Of a stretch of DNA of 64,000 bases, positions 47,292 to 56,599 are shown piece by piece (within the stretch, counting starts at the first letter, position 1; each line of letters begins with the position of its first letter). The stretch covers positions 48,464 to 112,463 of the forward strand of contig DATCRI010000009.1 of assembly GCA_036569045.1 (NCBI GenBank). Direction: 5' to 3'. This DNA comes from Chthoniobacterales bacterium (GTDB lineage: Bacteria > Verrucomicrobiota > Verrucomicrobiia > Chthoniobacterales > JAATET01). The notes beneath the pieces are model-generated. The model made no database searches, was not told the DNA's origin, and saw only the letters and a list, made by a program, of their open reading frames with translations. Both the position numbers and the translations under genes were made by a program.

Positions 47292-47909
47292 TCAGGAGTT
47301 GACGGACATATGAGACCAAATGGCGACGTCCAAGGTGGAGGGATTCACCTTCAGGATCATCGCAGCATGCTCGATCACTCCACGCAAAACGAAGTAGTCT
47401 TTCGAATGAACTCCGGCATCATTGGCGAATTGTCGCAAATGGCGATCAATCGCAATGGCGTCCAGCCCTAAAAGAATTTTTAAATAGTCTACGCTTTTCG
47501 GTCCAATCCCCCTTACCGTCTGGAGCCGCTGAGCGTTGTATGGCTCTTCAAGCCAGTTGATGAGGTCATGAGAGGTATCGATCAACTCTGTGCAGAGAAA
47601 TTCGACCAATAAAATCAATCGTTGTGGCTTCTCAGGATGATTCCAACGAAGAACCTCTTCTGCCCCTAAACAGTTAATCACACCTCGGAAACCATTCAGT
47701 GTCGCTGCTTCCGGGTAGTTCCAGCGAATTCGCGCAACGCGAGGTTGCACGACGGTTTGATAATTCAAACCTGCCTGAAGAACAGTGTCGACCAAAACAG
47801 CACCTATGTGGTGATGGACAGTATCCGACGCAGGGCGTGTGCGAGCAGTCGAAAACGCCAAACCTGAGTTGTGAACGTGTCTTACCAGAAGAGCAGCATC
47901 TGAAGTCAT
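47292..47909 (-). CDS. HhH-GPD superfamily DNA glycosylase-like protein
   Basis: GIGPKSVDYLKILLGLDAIAIDRHL parallels the endonuclease III/OGG helix-hairpin-helix (G-x-G-x-K) and the following Asp. Confidence 0.55.
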   Translation of the reverse strand: MTSDAALLVRHVHNSGLAFSTARTRPASDTVHHHIGAVLVDTVLQAGLNYQTVVQPRVARIRWNYPEAATLNGFRGVINCLGAEEVLRWNHPEKPQRLILLVEFLCTELIDTSHDLINWLEEPYNAQRLQTVRGIGPKSVDYLKILLGLDAIAIDRHLRQFANDAGVHSKDYFVLRGVIEHAAMILKVNPSTLDVAIWSHMSVNS

Positions 47910-47918
47910 GAAAGTGCG

Positions 47919-48539
47919 TTAAGTATCGAGGCTGGCAAGAGCCTTAAGACGATCGACGCAATTGGGGCAGGCTCCACAAGCTGTCGAAGCTCCTGCAAGG
48001 CAAGAATACGTGGCTCCTAAAGGAACTTGTAAACGTACCCCAAGCCGGGCGACCTCTGTTTTCGACATTTGAGCGAATGGAAAATGAAGTCTGACGCCGC
48101 CGTAATTCACGGTAAGCTCGGCGAGCTCTTGTAGAAATTTGGTTGTGCAGTCAGTCGCCAGCGCCACATTCGATTGGATGAACGCACTGTAAAGGTCATC
48201 GATTCCTTTGCTCTTCGCGACTGCTGCGCCAGCAGTCAGCAAGAGTTGATTACGATAGGGAACAAAAAAGTCGTCGTCTGTAACCTTTTCGCTCCACAGA
48301 TCTGCGGCCGAGAGCATGCGCGAAAAGCAATCTGTGTAGATGCTTCCAAGATTGATAACAAATATCCGATTCCTCAGATTTGCCGGGAGGACTTCCTGTA
48401 GTGTGAGTAATTCTGTCACGGCACAATGCTGGCCGTAGTCTGCAAAAATCGGCACAACATCAAATCCATCGCTGACAAGAGAGTAAGCCAATGTGGTCGA
48501 ATCCAGGCCGCCCGATGCCAGTAAAGCGACTTTTAACAT
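47919..48539 (-). CDS. QueC-family PP-loop ATPase (7-cyano-7-deazaguanine synthase-like)
   Basis: LLASGGLDSTT (PP-loop), DYGQH, VPYRN, C-terminal Zn-Cys cluster SCLAG...CGACPNCVDR. Collinear with QueC throughout. Confidence 0.85.
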   Translation of the reverse strand: MLKVALLASGGLDSTTLAYSLVSDGFDVVPIFADYGQHCAVTELLTLQEVLPANLRNRIFVINLGSIYTDCFSRMLSAADLWSEKVTDDDFFVPYRNQLLLTAGAAVAKSKGIDDLYSAFIQSNVALATDCTTKFLQELAELTVNYGGVRLHFPFAQMSKTEVARLGVRLQVPLGATYSCLAGASTACGACPNCVDRLKALASLDT

Positions 48540-48547
48540 GGCATTTA

Positions 48548-49864
48548 TTAACGGAGTGATTCCGCGATCCTATAGATCTCGCCGAGCACGACATCACGGT
48601 CGGCAGAGACTAAAGTGGCGAACGAGGTCACCATCAAATTTTGGGCGAGGGAGTGTGGGTCGTATACGACGACCGGGATATTGAGTGTCGCAGCCATCCC
48701 GATTTCGACATAAGTGCCAGGATCATCGTATTCTAAAACTGCTAGAAGGACTCGACATCGCCGGATCAGGTCAGCATCCAGATGGCCGATTCGGCTTTTC
48801 TCTTCAGGAGAAGCAGAGTTCGGCACTTCGCCATTATCCTGCACCGGCCGATGAACGGTAAAGTTATGGTACGCAAGAGCTGAGCAGATTGCCTCTATGT
48901 TTGGGCGGTAGAGAGTAGAAAAATCTGGCGCTGCGATGTAAATTTCGATTTTCGCCCTAACTTCCCAAGGCAGGCTAACGCCCATTAGTGTGGATACCTC
49001 TGCCGGGTCAATTCCGAGTGCCGCTTTCGTTGCAGCTTTGAAGGAGTCTCCGTCGTCGAATCGGCAGGCATATTCCGCCGCAATCAAAGAACTGTAACCA
49101 AGTGCGGCGAGAGGAGAGTGAGTGGTCACCGTCGAAACGTAGATTGCGTCAAAACAGTCTCCAACTCCTACCGAATGGAGAATTTTTCTGGTGTGCGCCG
49201 GAACCGAAATCTCGTCGCCATCGTTCGTAAATAGTCGGGAGCCGCCACGGTTTTCCTTCAGTAGAATGTTCCGCGCTACCCCGCTAAATTGCTCTCGCAG
49301 ACAGGTTGAAGATCCTCCTACTTGCTCTAGAAAGAGGTGGGTTGAAGTGGAAGTTATAAGAGTCTCTACCGGCCTGCCCAGTCTGGCGAGAGTTGATGGC
49401 TCGATGTGTCCCTCCGTAGTATCTATGTGAACTCGGGCGGACGCGGATTTGAGGCGTTCGAGAAGGCTGCCCAAATCAAAGGCCCCCGGAAAGATCAATA
49501 CATCGTCAGGGATATAGTCTAAACTTTCCGTCAGCGCGTCTGCGGATAGCTCGCTTCGTTTCTCTGGCTCCAAAAGCATCTCATAGTGTTGGGCACCGAC
49601 TTCGCGCTCGTCGTCAACCAAAAGGACGTTTGGGCAGTGGGTGATGTTCCCGAATTTATGGACTGCCCGAACTTCGAGGTCTGCTGCCTCGTTCTCTACC
49701 AGACCGTCGAGATATTGGGGGCCGAGGTAGCAAAGCTGATATTGCACTTCCGCGGCCCACAAACCACGTGCTGCGTGGAATATTCCGCCCAACCGAACTC
49801 GCAGTTTTCCGCGAATCCTCAATGTGTCGAGGAAGACTTGCCCGATAAGACAAACGGATCCCAT
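48548..49864 (-). CDS. Fusion: PfkB/ribokinase-like kinase plus nucleoside 2-deoxyribosyltransferase-like domain
   Basis: N-terminal domain with HSVGVGDCFDA (PfkB signature-2-like). C-terminal IYIAAPDF...DDPGTYVEIGMAATLNIPVVVY (NDT-like). Confidence 0.65.
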   Translation of the reverse strand: MGSVCLIGQVFLDTLRIRGKLRVRLGGIFHAARGLWAAEVQYQLCYLGPQYLDGLVENEAADLEVRAVHKFGNITHCPNVLLVDDEREVGAQHYEMLLEPEKRSELSADALTESLDYIPDDVLIFPGAFDLGSLLERLKSASARVHIDTTEGHIEPSTLARLGRPVETLITSTSTHLFLEQVGGSSTCLREQFSGVARNILLKENRGGSRLFTNDGDEISVPAHTRKILHSVGVGDCFDAIYVSTVTTHSPLAALGYSSLIAAEYACRFDDGDSFKAATKAALGIDPAEVSTLMGVSLPWEVRAKIEIYIAAPDFSTLYRPNIEAICSALAYHNFTVHRPVQDNGEVPNSASPEEKSRIGHLDADLIRRCRVLLAVLEYDDPGTYVEIGMAATLNIPVVVYDPHSLAQNLMVTSFATLVSADRDVVLGEIYRIAESLR

Positions 49865-49874
49865 TTAGGGCTTC

Positions 49875-50297
49875 CTATTGTGAGGAAAGCGAGACTCGCA
49901 CCGAAGGAACCGGCGTGGTCGTCGATCCAGAAACTTCTCCGGCATAAGATCCACCTTGCTCGATGCAAAGGCGCAAAAAGTTGAATCGAGTAGGCAGGTA
50001 GCCGAGCAATTCGCCGCCGCCATCTTCGATCACACCGAGCCGACCATTTATCACGGTCGGATTTACATGGATCGTCGAGCCCTTCGGCGGCACTATCTTG
50101 GATTTTTTCCAAAATGGACAACGCTCGAATTCCTCGAGAGTGATGTTCTCATTCACGAGAAGGCATTGGTCAATCGCCTCTTCGCCATCACCACCACCGC
50201 CGTCTTCTCCGCCACCCGACGTTGTGCCATCACGAGGATTAGGGCGGAGTTTGATATGTGAATAATCACTGAGATGACCCGTGCTGTCAGACTCCAT
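49875..50297 (-). CDS. Hypothetical 140-aa protein with Gly/acidic N-terminal tract
   Basis: TSGGGEDGGGGDGEE tract, then a globular-looking C-terminus. Stop lies 10 nt before the PfkB-fusion start. Confidence 0.45.
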   Translation of the reverse strand: MESDSTGHLSDYSHIKLRPNPRDGTTSGGGEDGGGGDGEEAIDQCLLVNENITLEEFERCPFWKKSKIVPPKGSTIHVNPTVINGRLGVIEDGGGELLGYLPTRFNFLRLCIEQGGSYAGEVSGSTTTPVPSVRVSLSSQ

Positions 50298-50370
50298 ATC
50301 GGTGGGGGATTGTCTACCACTGAGCTATCCTCCTTAGTCATGCAAGAAAAATAAGCTGCCTAGAAATTGA

Positions 50371-50796
50371 TCAAATGTGAGCTAGATCGGGACAGCGTTG
50401 TCGGCTACTCCTAACACTCGATAGTGTCGGTATCATGGGGGCCGGGCACCGTGGACAATCATCACTAAACCGATGAACGCCAAAGGCAGCGACTGCGCCG
50501 CTCTCACCATTTATGGAAAACGCCGCATGGGCTTCGATGTCCGCTGCGGCGGACGCAGGGCATTCTGACTTCACCTTGACGAGCTTCATGCCCAACCACT
50601 TCGACCTGATCGCCAAGGAATTTCCCGCGATTATCGCGGCTGCAAGTAGCGGACTCTTCGCGGTGATTCCGACGCCGACCCATTGGAGAATTCCAACAAA
50701 CCCGGACAGTCCGAGCCAGAGCCCCCATTTCGCTACCGAAGGCTTTCGAGAAATCGCCGAAAGCCGATGCACTTCCCGATTGGTTTCAGGCTGCAT
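50371..50796 (-). CDS. Possible small 2-TM membrane protein
   Basis: Internal ATG at 50796 avoids overlap with the divergent ATPase gene. Two hydrophobic helices (WGLWLGLSGFVGILQWVGVGI, LLAAAIIAGNSLAI). Weak. Confidence 0.3.
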   Translation of the reverse strand: MQPETNREVHRLSAISRKPSVAKWGLWLGLSGFVGILQWVGVGITAKSPLLAAAIIAGNSLAIRSKWLGMKLVKVKSECPASAAADIEAHAAFSINGESGAVAAFGVHRFSDDCPRCPAPMIPTLSSVRSSRQRCPDLAHI

Positions 50797-50816
50797 TCCC
50801 GCTAAAAGCGCGAGCC

Positions 50817-51980
50817 ATGTCCGACACGACATTGGAGAAGAATCGGATTCAACTGCATCCTGCTTCGGAACTCGCAAACGTCGTCAATGAAGCACCGAAG
50901 TGGGTGTTCGAGAATTTCATCGAGCGGCGCGAACAGGTGATTCTTTTCGGCCCGCCCAAAACCGGAAAATCGCAGTTGGCGCTCCAGATCGCACTCGCAG
51001 CGGCACGCGGGGAGCCGTTCCTTAAGCGGAAGCCACCAAAGGCCATCAAGGTTCTTTATTTCAATTTCGAAATCAATCGCAGGCAGTTTGCCCGCCGGCT
51101 CGTGGAAATGACGCGAGGAAAACGCCTCGGTGATACCCAGGTCTCCGAAGACTTTGAGTGGCCGAGCGAATTTTGGTTCTACGGCGGGACGCTCGACGAG
51201 CGACTCATGGTCATCCACGAAAGTCGGGACGATGGCCGTCTCGAAAAGAAGCGGGCCGAACTCAAGGCGCAGATCGATGCGATCCAGCCTGAACTGATTA
51301 TCTTCGACACCTTGAGTTACCTTCACGGCGTCGACGAGAACGCGAATATCGAAGTCACCCGCCTTCTCGAAATCATTCGCGAACTCGCGGGGGAAGCCGC
51401 GCACATCATTGTCCACCACACCCGCAAGCAGGGTGCCGACCGGGAGGGCCGCCGCGACTACTCAACGGACTCGATCCGCGGCGCCACCGCCATCCGCGGC
51501 TCGGCGGATTTGATTCTGGGCCTTTTTCCAGCGAATGGTGGGGCCGGCGGAGGAGCCGGTTTCAAATTTGAAATCGAGGCCCGTAACATCCCTTCCGGAG
51601 AATCTTTCCTTTACGCCCGGGATTATGGAGGATTCGAGGATCGGAGTGAGGATGACGCCGAGAATCTTCTGAATTGGCTCGTAGATAACAAGGACGAGCC
51701 CATCCCGCGGCTCGCGGAGGACAATGATGCAGTAGTTATCGGAGCGGATTTTCCCATTGACGGTCCACGAACAATTTCGCGAACGATTCAACAGGTGAAC
51801 AAGAAGACGCTGGTCAAATACTTGCAAAGTCTTGGACAATTCGGAGGGGGCGACAAGATTCGGAGACTCCTTAAAGATTTGGAGGAGGGAAAGGAGATCC
51901 AGTTCAAGTCCACCGGCAAGGATGGTAACACCAAGACGCTCTTCGTCCCTCCAAGAAGCGGTAAAAATGTGAAAAACTGA
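50817..51980 (+). CDS. AAA_25 / RecA-fold ATPase (RepA-like, mobile-element replication/primase-associated)
   Basis: Walker A ILFGPPKTGKSQLAL, Walker B LIIFDTLSYLHG, IIVHHTRK. Confidence 0.75.
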   Translation: MSDTTLEKNRIQLHPASELANVVNEAPKWVFENFIERREQVILFGPPKTGKSQLALQIALAAARGEPFLKRKPPKAIKVLYFNFEINRRQFARRLVEMTRGKRLGDTQVSEDFEWPSEFWFYGGTLDERLMVIHESRDDGRLEKKRAELKAQIDAIQPELIIFDTLSYLHGVDENANIEVTRLLEIIRELAGEAAHIIVHHTRKQGADREGRRDYSTDSIRGATAIRGSADLILGLFPANGGAGGGAGFKFEIEARNIPSGESFLYARDYGGFEDRSEDDAENLLNWLVDNKDEPIPRLAEDNDAVVIGADFPIDGPRTISRTIQQVNKKTLVKYLQSLGQFGGGDKIRRLLKDLEEGKEIQFKSTGKDGNTKTLFVPPRSGKNVKN

Positions 51981-52049
51981 TCGTTCTACTAACGTAGGGA
52001 CACAACCAACATTTCAAACCTTCAAGGTCTGTCACATCATCAAAGAAAA

Positions 52050-52075
52050 GGAACCGCCTCTGTAGAGGCGGTTCC
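52050..52075 (+). terminator. Hairpin terminator candidate
   Basis: GGAACCGCCTC-TGTA-GAGGCGGTTCC, 70 nt after the stop at 51980; weak T tail. Confidence 0.45.
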
Positions 52076-52094
52076 GTTCTAACGAAGTTTAAAG

Positions 52095-52128
52095 GGGCGC
52101 AGCGGCGGTAACCGCTGCGCCCTTCTTT
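52095..52128. terminator. Second GC-rich hairpin
   Basis: GGGCGCAGCGG-CGGTAA-CCGCTGCGCCC followed by TTCTTTAT. Confidence 0.45.
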
Positions 52129-52455
52129 ATCACCAGCATTCGCCGGGAGCCAAAGGCGACTCTTTTTCCACGCCCTTGGCAAAACGTCCCATCGTGGGGA
52201 CGGGGTGTCGAACGACCAGAGTTTTCTCTGAGCGGACGGCGGGGCTCGTCGCCTGTCGGCTCCGTGCTGGCCGCCCGGAGAGACGGAAGGATTTCCGAGT
52301 TCAGAGTGATACTTCCAATTCTTGTCGCTTCGACCCAGCGGACGTCTTGCCGGACGGACGCGTTCTCCAGCGGAGGAATCGGGCTTCTGGACCAGAAACC
52401 CTTAAAGAGCCGGTTACGTGCGTAACGGGCTTTTTCTCCAATCAAAAAGCAACTT

Positions 52456-52917
52456 ATGGAAACGATACCCTTCGGTCACGGCGTGATCGAAATTGAAAAT
52501 GACGGCTGGCGGATTGTCTCCACCACCATTTGGGACAAGCTCGCACCGAACGGAGAGGCCTCCCTCATCACCGTTCGTGAAAACAACATTCGGATTTTAA
52601 TCATCGGCGAGTTGTGGCCGTTTTTCGCGGCGACAAAGCGAAAAGTGAGTCATGTCGAAATCAGTCCCGGCATCGACTTATCCAAGGTTCTGCGGACGGA
52701 GATGTTGCTTTTCACGTTTGTCGACGGTTCCGATTTTCCCAGATCGATCAATATCGGTCGCGACAAAATCGTGTCGGCTTTGCCCAGAGGTTCCAGCGGC
52801 TCTCCCGACGTAAGTCTTTGGACCCAGCGTCGGGGGCATCGCCCTTATTGCGCAGGCAATTGGAAGTCATCGTGTCATCCGGCCAATCTTTTGACCGGGG
52901 ATTTCAAGGACGCCTGA
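52456..52917 (+). CDS. Hypothetical protein
   Basis: 153 aa ORF in a lower-GC stretch, ending 1 nt before the DUF5131 gene start. No family recognised. Confidence 0.35.
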   Translation: METIPFGHGVIEIENDGWRIVSTTIWDKLAPNGEASLITVRENNIRILIIGELWPFFAATKRKVSHVEISPGIDLSKVLRTEMLLFTFVDGSDFPRSINIGRDKIVSALPRGSSGSPDVSLWTQRRGHRPYCAGNWKSSCHPANLLTGDFKDA

Positions 52918-52918
52918 C

Positions 52919-53683
52919 ATGTCTGACCAATCTTCGATCGAATGGACGGACGCGTCTTGGAATTCGTTCACGGGGTGTTCCAAGGTCAGCGAAGGGTGTC
53001 GTCACTGCTATGCTGACCGCCTGGCGAATCGACTCTTCCTCATGGGAAATCCACGCTATCGCCGCGGGTTCAGGGTCACGCTTCACGAGGACCTTCTGAA
53101 CCTCCCGCGGAAGTGGAAAAAGCCGCGGAAAGTTTTCGTCAATTCGATGAGCGATCTCTTCCACGAGGAAGTGCCCGCCGAGTTCATCGCCAAGATGTTC
53201 GCGACGATGGCGGCCTGCCCGCAGCACACCTTTCAGGCGCTCACCAAGCGGAGCGGGCGACTCGCGGAACTCGCGCCCGAGCTTCCCTGGCCACCCAACC
53301 TGTGGATGGGTGTCAGCGTCGAGAACGAGCGGGTTTTGCACCGCGTCGACGACCTTCGGAAAGTCCCGGCTGCCGTCCGGTTCCTTTCCTGCGAACCGCT
53401 CCTCGGCCCGCTCGGTGCCCTCGACCTCGATGGCATCGACTGGGTGATCGCGGGCGGCGAATCCGGCCCTGGCGCCCGTCCCATGAACCTCGACTGGGCC
53501 CGCTCCCTTCGGGACCGCTGTGCGAAAGCTCACGTCGCCTTCTTCTTCAAGCAAGTCGGCGGCGTGCAGAAGCATCGCACCGGCCGTCATCTCGACGGTC
53601 GGACCCATGATGAAATGCCCGAGCCGGTCGACCGGTTCGGATTCGTCGGAAGTGCGTTCCAAACGCAGGTCGCAATCCCATGA
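52919..53683 (+). CDS. Phage Gp37/Gp68-family protein (DUF5131)
   Basis: SIEWTDASWNSFTGCSKVSEGCRHCYA...VFVNSMSDLFHE...WVIAGGESGPGARPM is the characteristic N-terminal Cys cluster and family core. Confidence 0.8.
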   Translation: MSDQSSIEWTDASWNSFTGCSKVSEGCRHCYADRLANRLFLMGNPRYRRGFRVTLHEDLLNLPRKWKKPRKVFVNSMSDLFHEEVPAEFIAKMFATMAACPQHTFQALTKRSGRLAELAPELPWPPNLWMGVSVENERVLHRVDDLRKVPAAVRFLSCEPLLGPLGALDLDGIDWVIAGGESGPGARPMNLDWARSLRDRCAKAHVAFFFKQVGGVQKHRTGRHLDGRTHDEMPEPVDRFGFVGSAFQTQVAIP

Positions 53684-54165
53684 GCGCGAACTTTCGTCTT
53701 ACCGTGGGGATTCCCCGCAAGGTCATCGAAGCTCTCGACATCGAGTTGTTTCTCAATCAGTTCGCGCCAGCCAACCTACCCAGAGGACGAGAACTCGCTG
53801 ACCTCATGGGCGGCGTCGAGGTCATGCCTCTTGGCTATCCGGATGACGCCGGCGCGTTCTACGAGATTCCCGAAGTCCGGAAGTTCTTCCAAGAACTCCA
53901 CGCCGCCTGGCCTTACTGGCTCTTTTTCGGGCAGACCGAAACGCAAACCCTCCGCTTCACCGCGGCGTGCCTTTTCGACAACGTAACGACGGTCCGCCAA
54001 GCGGATCGGCAGCGATTCCAAGTCGTCATTCAAGCCCAGGAACTTGGGCGGTTCCTTGACGACTGTAGCCTTCCGTTCGTGGAACTCTGCACACGCGCCA
54101 ATGTCGGCGCGGATGCTCAGAAGCGTCGCATCCTAGGATTGTTTCAATACTTCCAACTTCTCTAG
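53680..54165 (+). CDS. Hypothetical protein
   Basis: ATGA overlap with the DUF5131 stop. 161 aa; no family recognised. Confidence 0.5.
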   Translation: MSANFRLTVGIPRKVIEALDIELFLNQFAPANLPRGRELADLMGGVEVMPLGYPDDAGAFYEIPEVRKFFQELHAAWPYWLFFGQTETQTLRFTAACLFDNVTTVRQADRQRFQVVIQAQELGRFLDDCSLPFVELCTRANVGADAQKRRILGLFQYFQLL

Positions 54166-54385
54166 GGCGCTCCGTCGGCCTGTCGGCCGGTCGCAAGCCC
54201 CGGTGAGATCAAAGGATCGGGTGGCATACGAGTGGCGGAGGAGAGGCGTAACCATCGCCATTTCCGAAGTCGCTCGGTTTTGGAGAAAGCTCCGGGAGGG
54301 ATGGGTGTCCCTCCCGGAGTGACCCCGGAGAGAACTCTGCCTCGCCGGTCGATACGCCGCCCGGCCATTCAAAGAAAACCAAACT

Positions 54386-54787
54386 ATGAAAATCAAAATC
54401 CCTATCGAAATCTCCTTGCCGGCTGGGCCGGAATTCAAGATCCGCCCGAAGCGACAGTTCGTGCAGTTTCTCGAGAATCGGCTCGCTGCCGCTCTCGAGC
54501 ACGAAACGACTTCGGAGAAGATCGGCGAAGCGCTCATCGACTTCGTCGACCAGCGTCACAAGGATCAAATCGAAACCCTTCGTCAGAAAGTCCGAAGCCT
54601 TCGCAAGGGCTCGAAGACTTCCGGGAAGTCGACTGACGTCGATTCCTCCGCGGCCGATTCCGCACCTCTCAAACCCGCGGTAAAGCCACCGACCTCGAAG
54701 AGTCCGGCGGTCGGGGAACCCGTACCAAAAGCCGCTCCTGCCGAGGGGGGCCAAAAGGGGGGAGACAGCCCCTTCCAGCAAGGATAG
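54386..54787 (+). CDS. Hypothetical protein with low-complexity Ser/Pro/Lys tail
   Basis: ATG ORF, 133 aa, upstream of the mobilisation genes. Confidence 0.4.
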   Translation: MKIKIPIEISLPAGPEFKIRPKRQFVQFLENRLAAALEHETTSEKIGEALIDFVDQRHKDQIETLRQKVRSLRKGSKTSGKSTDVDSSAADSAPLKPAVKPPTSKSPAVGEPVPKAAPAEGGQKGGDSPFQQG

Positions 54788-54791
54788 TGGC

Positions 54792-55109
54792 GTGACAACA
54801 TCAGCGTCCAAATCGAAGGAGCGGAAGCCTCACAGAATTTCGATCGAACTGGAGGTCGATGAGTTCGAGCAGATCGACAGAATCTACGGTCAGGGATACC
54901 GCTCGGCGAACATCATTGACGCGCTTCTCAACCCGGCGACCGCCAGAGGAACAGCCGCTTACCAAAACAAAGCGCGAATCCTTGAACGCGTTCTCAACGC
55001 CTTAAATGAACTCGGAAAGCGTGTGGCTTCCGCTGACATCACCGACGAAACGGCGCTCAAGGTTTTGTGTGAACTTCGGTCGCTCCGAAAAGAGCTTTTG
55101 AAACCGTGA
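54792..55109 (+). CDS. Possible MobC-like relaxosome accessory protein
   Basis: 105 aa. RISIELEVDEFEQIDRI (RHH-like strand-helix). GTGA overlap with the downstream relaxase-like gene. Confidence 0.4.
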   Translation: MTTSASKSKERKPHRISIELEVDEFEQIDRIYGQGYRSANIIDALLNPATARGTAAYQNKARILERVLNALNELGKRVASADITDETALKVLCELRSLRKELLKP

Positions 55110-56599
55110 CGCTCGAAATTTTGAACCCGAAGGTGACGTCGAAAAGGTCGAAGGGCTTGGTCGAATACCTTTTCGCTCTGAAAGATTCCAAGAAAGAGGA
55201 TCGGCCGTTTCCACCCGAGTTAATCTGGGGAAATGGAGATCATTTCCAACGCCTCATCGAGTCGGTGCGCGAACAAAATGCTTACCTTTCGTTCAGCATT
55301 AACTTCACCGAAAAGTTAGAACAGGTCGGCCGGGAAACAGCCGTTCAAATTGCTCAGATTTACTGCCGACACTTTGCCGCAGGCCTCGCCGAAAACGATG
55401 TCGCAACGATCTGCGTCCTACACGACAAGGACGTCAACTTTCATCTCCACGTGGGGATGTATAAACGTCACCTCGTAACCGGTGGCCGATTCGATCCCTT
55501 CTTTCATCGTCGAGATCGAGAGCATTTCACTCTTCTGACAGAACTGTGCAACCTTGCCTACGGGCTTACGTCGGCGCGCGAAGAAAAACGCCATCAAAAA
55601 CTCAAGATCCCTGACCGTCTTCGCGGCAATCCGCAGAAGGTGAGGACCTACCAACAAGAGCACTTAATTGGCGAGCAGGCGTTCTACAGTTTGAACGCAA
55701 GTGACCGCGATGAACTCATTCAGCGGATGATCGAACTTGGCACCAAGTTCGTTAAGAAAAACCGTGATTCGATTACAGTTCTGACACCTGGAGGTGAGCC
55801 CATTCGTTTGCGGGGCTTCATTTACAGCGAACGCTTTGTGAGTCGAGAGGCTTACTTCGAAAACAAGACGAAACTAACGGCGTTTCTAACGCAGTTACGC
55901 AGCGAGCGGCGACGCTTCGAGCGCGCGCTTTGGAAATCCTATCGTGTTCGAGCAGAGCGAAACGCCCGCCAGTCGCGCTCGGAACATCTGGCATGCCTTA
56001 CACCTAAACGACGGTTTTTGATCCCGTCCCTGTCCAAACGTCACCATGAAAAATCTCTCGAAACCTCCGCGCAACGAAATCGATCTCCTCATATTGGAGA
56101 AACTCGAATGCCTTACCCAATCGCTCGCTCAGTCGGCGAATTGGAGAAAGGAAATCGAATCGAAACTCGCCCAGAACGCGGAAGCATTGGCGACACTGGA
56201 ATCAAATCTATCGGAGACGGTAACGCGCCTGACGGCCTTGGAAAACGAGACGGCGTGTTTTCAAAACGCGACGTCAGTTCTATCGAGCGTTCAACGCTTG
56301 CTGCGTCAACTGCACTAGTCGGGAAACTGCTTGAAGACGTTTTGCGCATCCCAATCGAAATCTTGCGGATGCGCGCGTGGAGGCGTCATGCGCGGAATCT
56401 CGGACGCGGTCGGAAGAGGCAACCGGACGAGCGTCCCACGAGCTCACTCCGCTCTTTGGGATTGGGCCACATTGTGGCCGATGTCCTCAGCCGCCAGGCG
56501 GTCAAAGTCGCGGAATCCTTTACAGAATTTGCCCGGCAGCCGGAGCAAACCATTGTTCCGCCTCGGACAAAGAAAAAGGAACCTGAAATGGGAATGTGA
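55106..56599 (+). CDS. Relaxase/mobilisation nuclease-like protein
   Basis: N-terminal domain with histidine triad VLHDKDVNFHLHV (HxDx4HxH). Candidate Tyr in the first 25 aa (VEYLF). Coiled-coil C-terminus. Confidence 0.55.
   Translation: MTLEILNPKVTSKRSKGLVEYLFALKDSKKEDRPFPPELIWGNGDHFQRLIESVREQNAYLSFSINFTEKLEQVGRETAVQIAQIYCRHFAAGLAENDVATICVLHDKDVNFHLHVGMYKRHLVTGGRFDPFFHRRDREHFTLLTELCNLAYGLTSAREEKRHQKLKIPDRLRGNPQKVRTYQQEHLIGEQAFYSLNASDRDELIQRMIELGTKFVKKNRDSITVLTPGGEPIRLRGFIYSERFVSREAYFENKTKLTAFLTQLRSERRRFERALWKSYRVRAERNARQSRSEHLACLTPKRRFLIPSLSKRHHEKSLETSAQRNRSPHIGETRMPYPIARSVGELEKGNRIETRPERGSIGDTGIKSIGDGNAPDGLGKRDGVFSKRDVSSIERSTLAASTALVGKLLEDVLRIPIEILRMRAWRRHARNLGRGRKRQPDERPTSSLRSLGLGHIVADVLSRQAVKVAESFTEFARQPEQTIVPPRTKKKEPEMGM

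Noticed and set aside
50300-50341. tRNA 5'-half-like sequence on the minus strand (GGAGGAUAGCUCAGUGGUAGAC...) just upstream of the 140-aa gene
   Set aside because: Only the acceptor-5' and D-arm parts are recognisable. There is no anticodon arm, T arm or 3' acceptor strand. It may be a tRNA fragment left by an old integration event, or chance (it includes an AAGGAGG SD-like string). There is not enough to call a feature.
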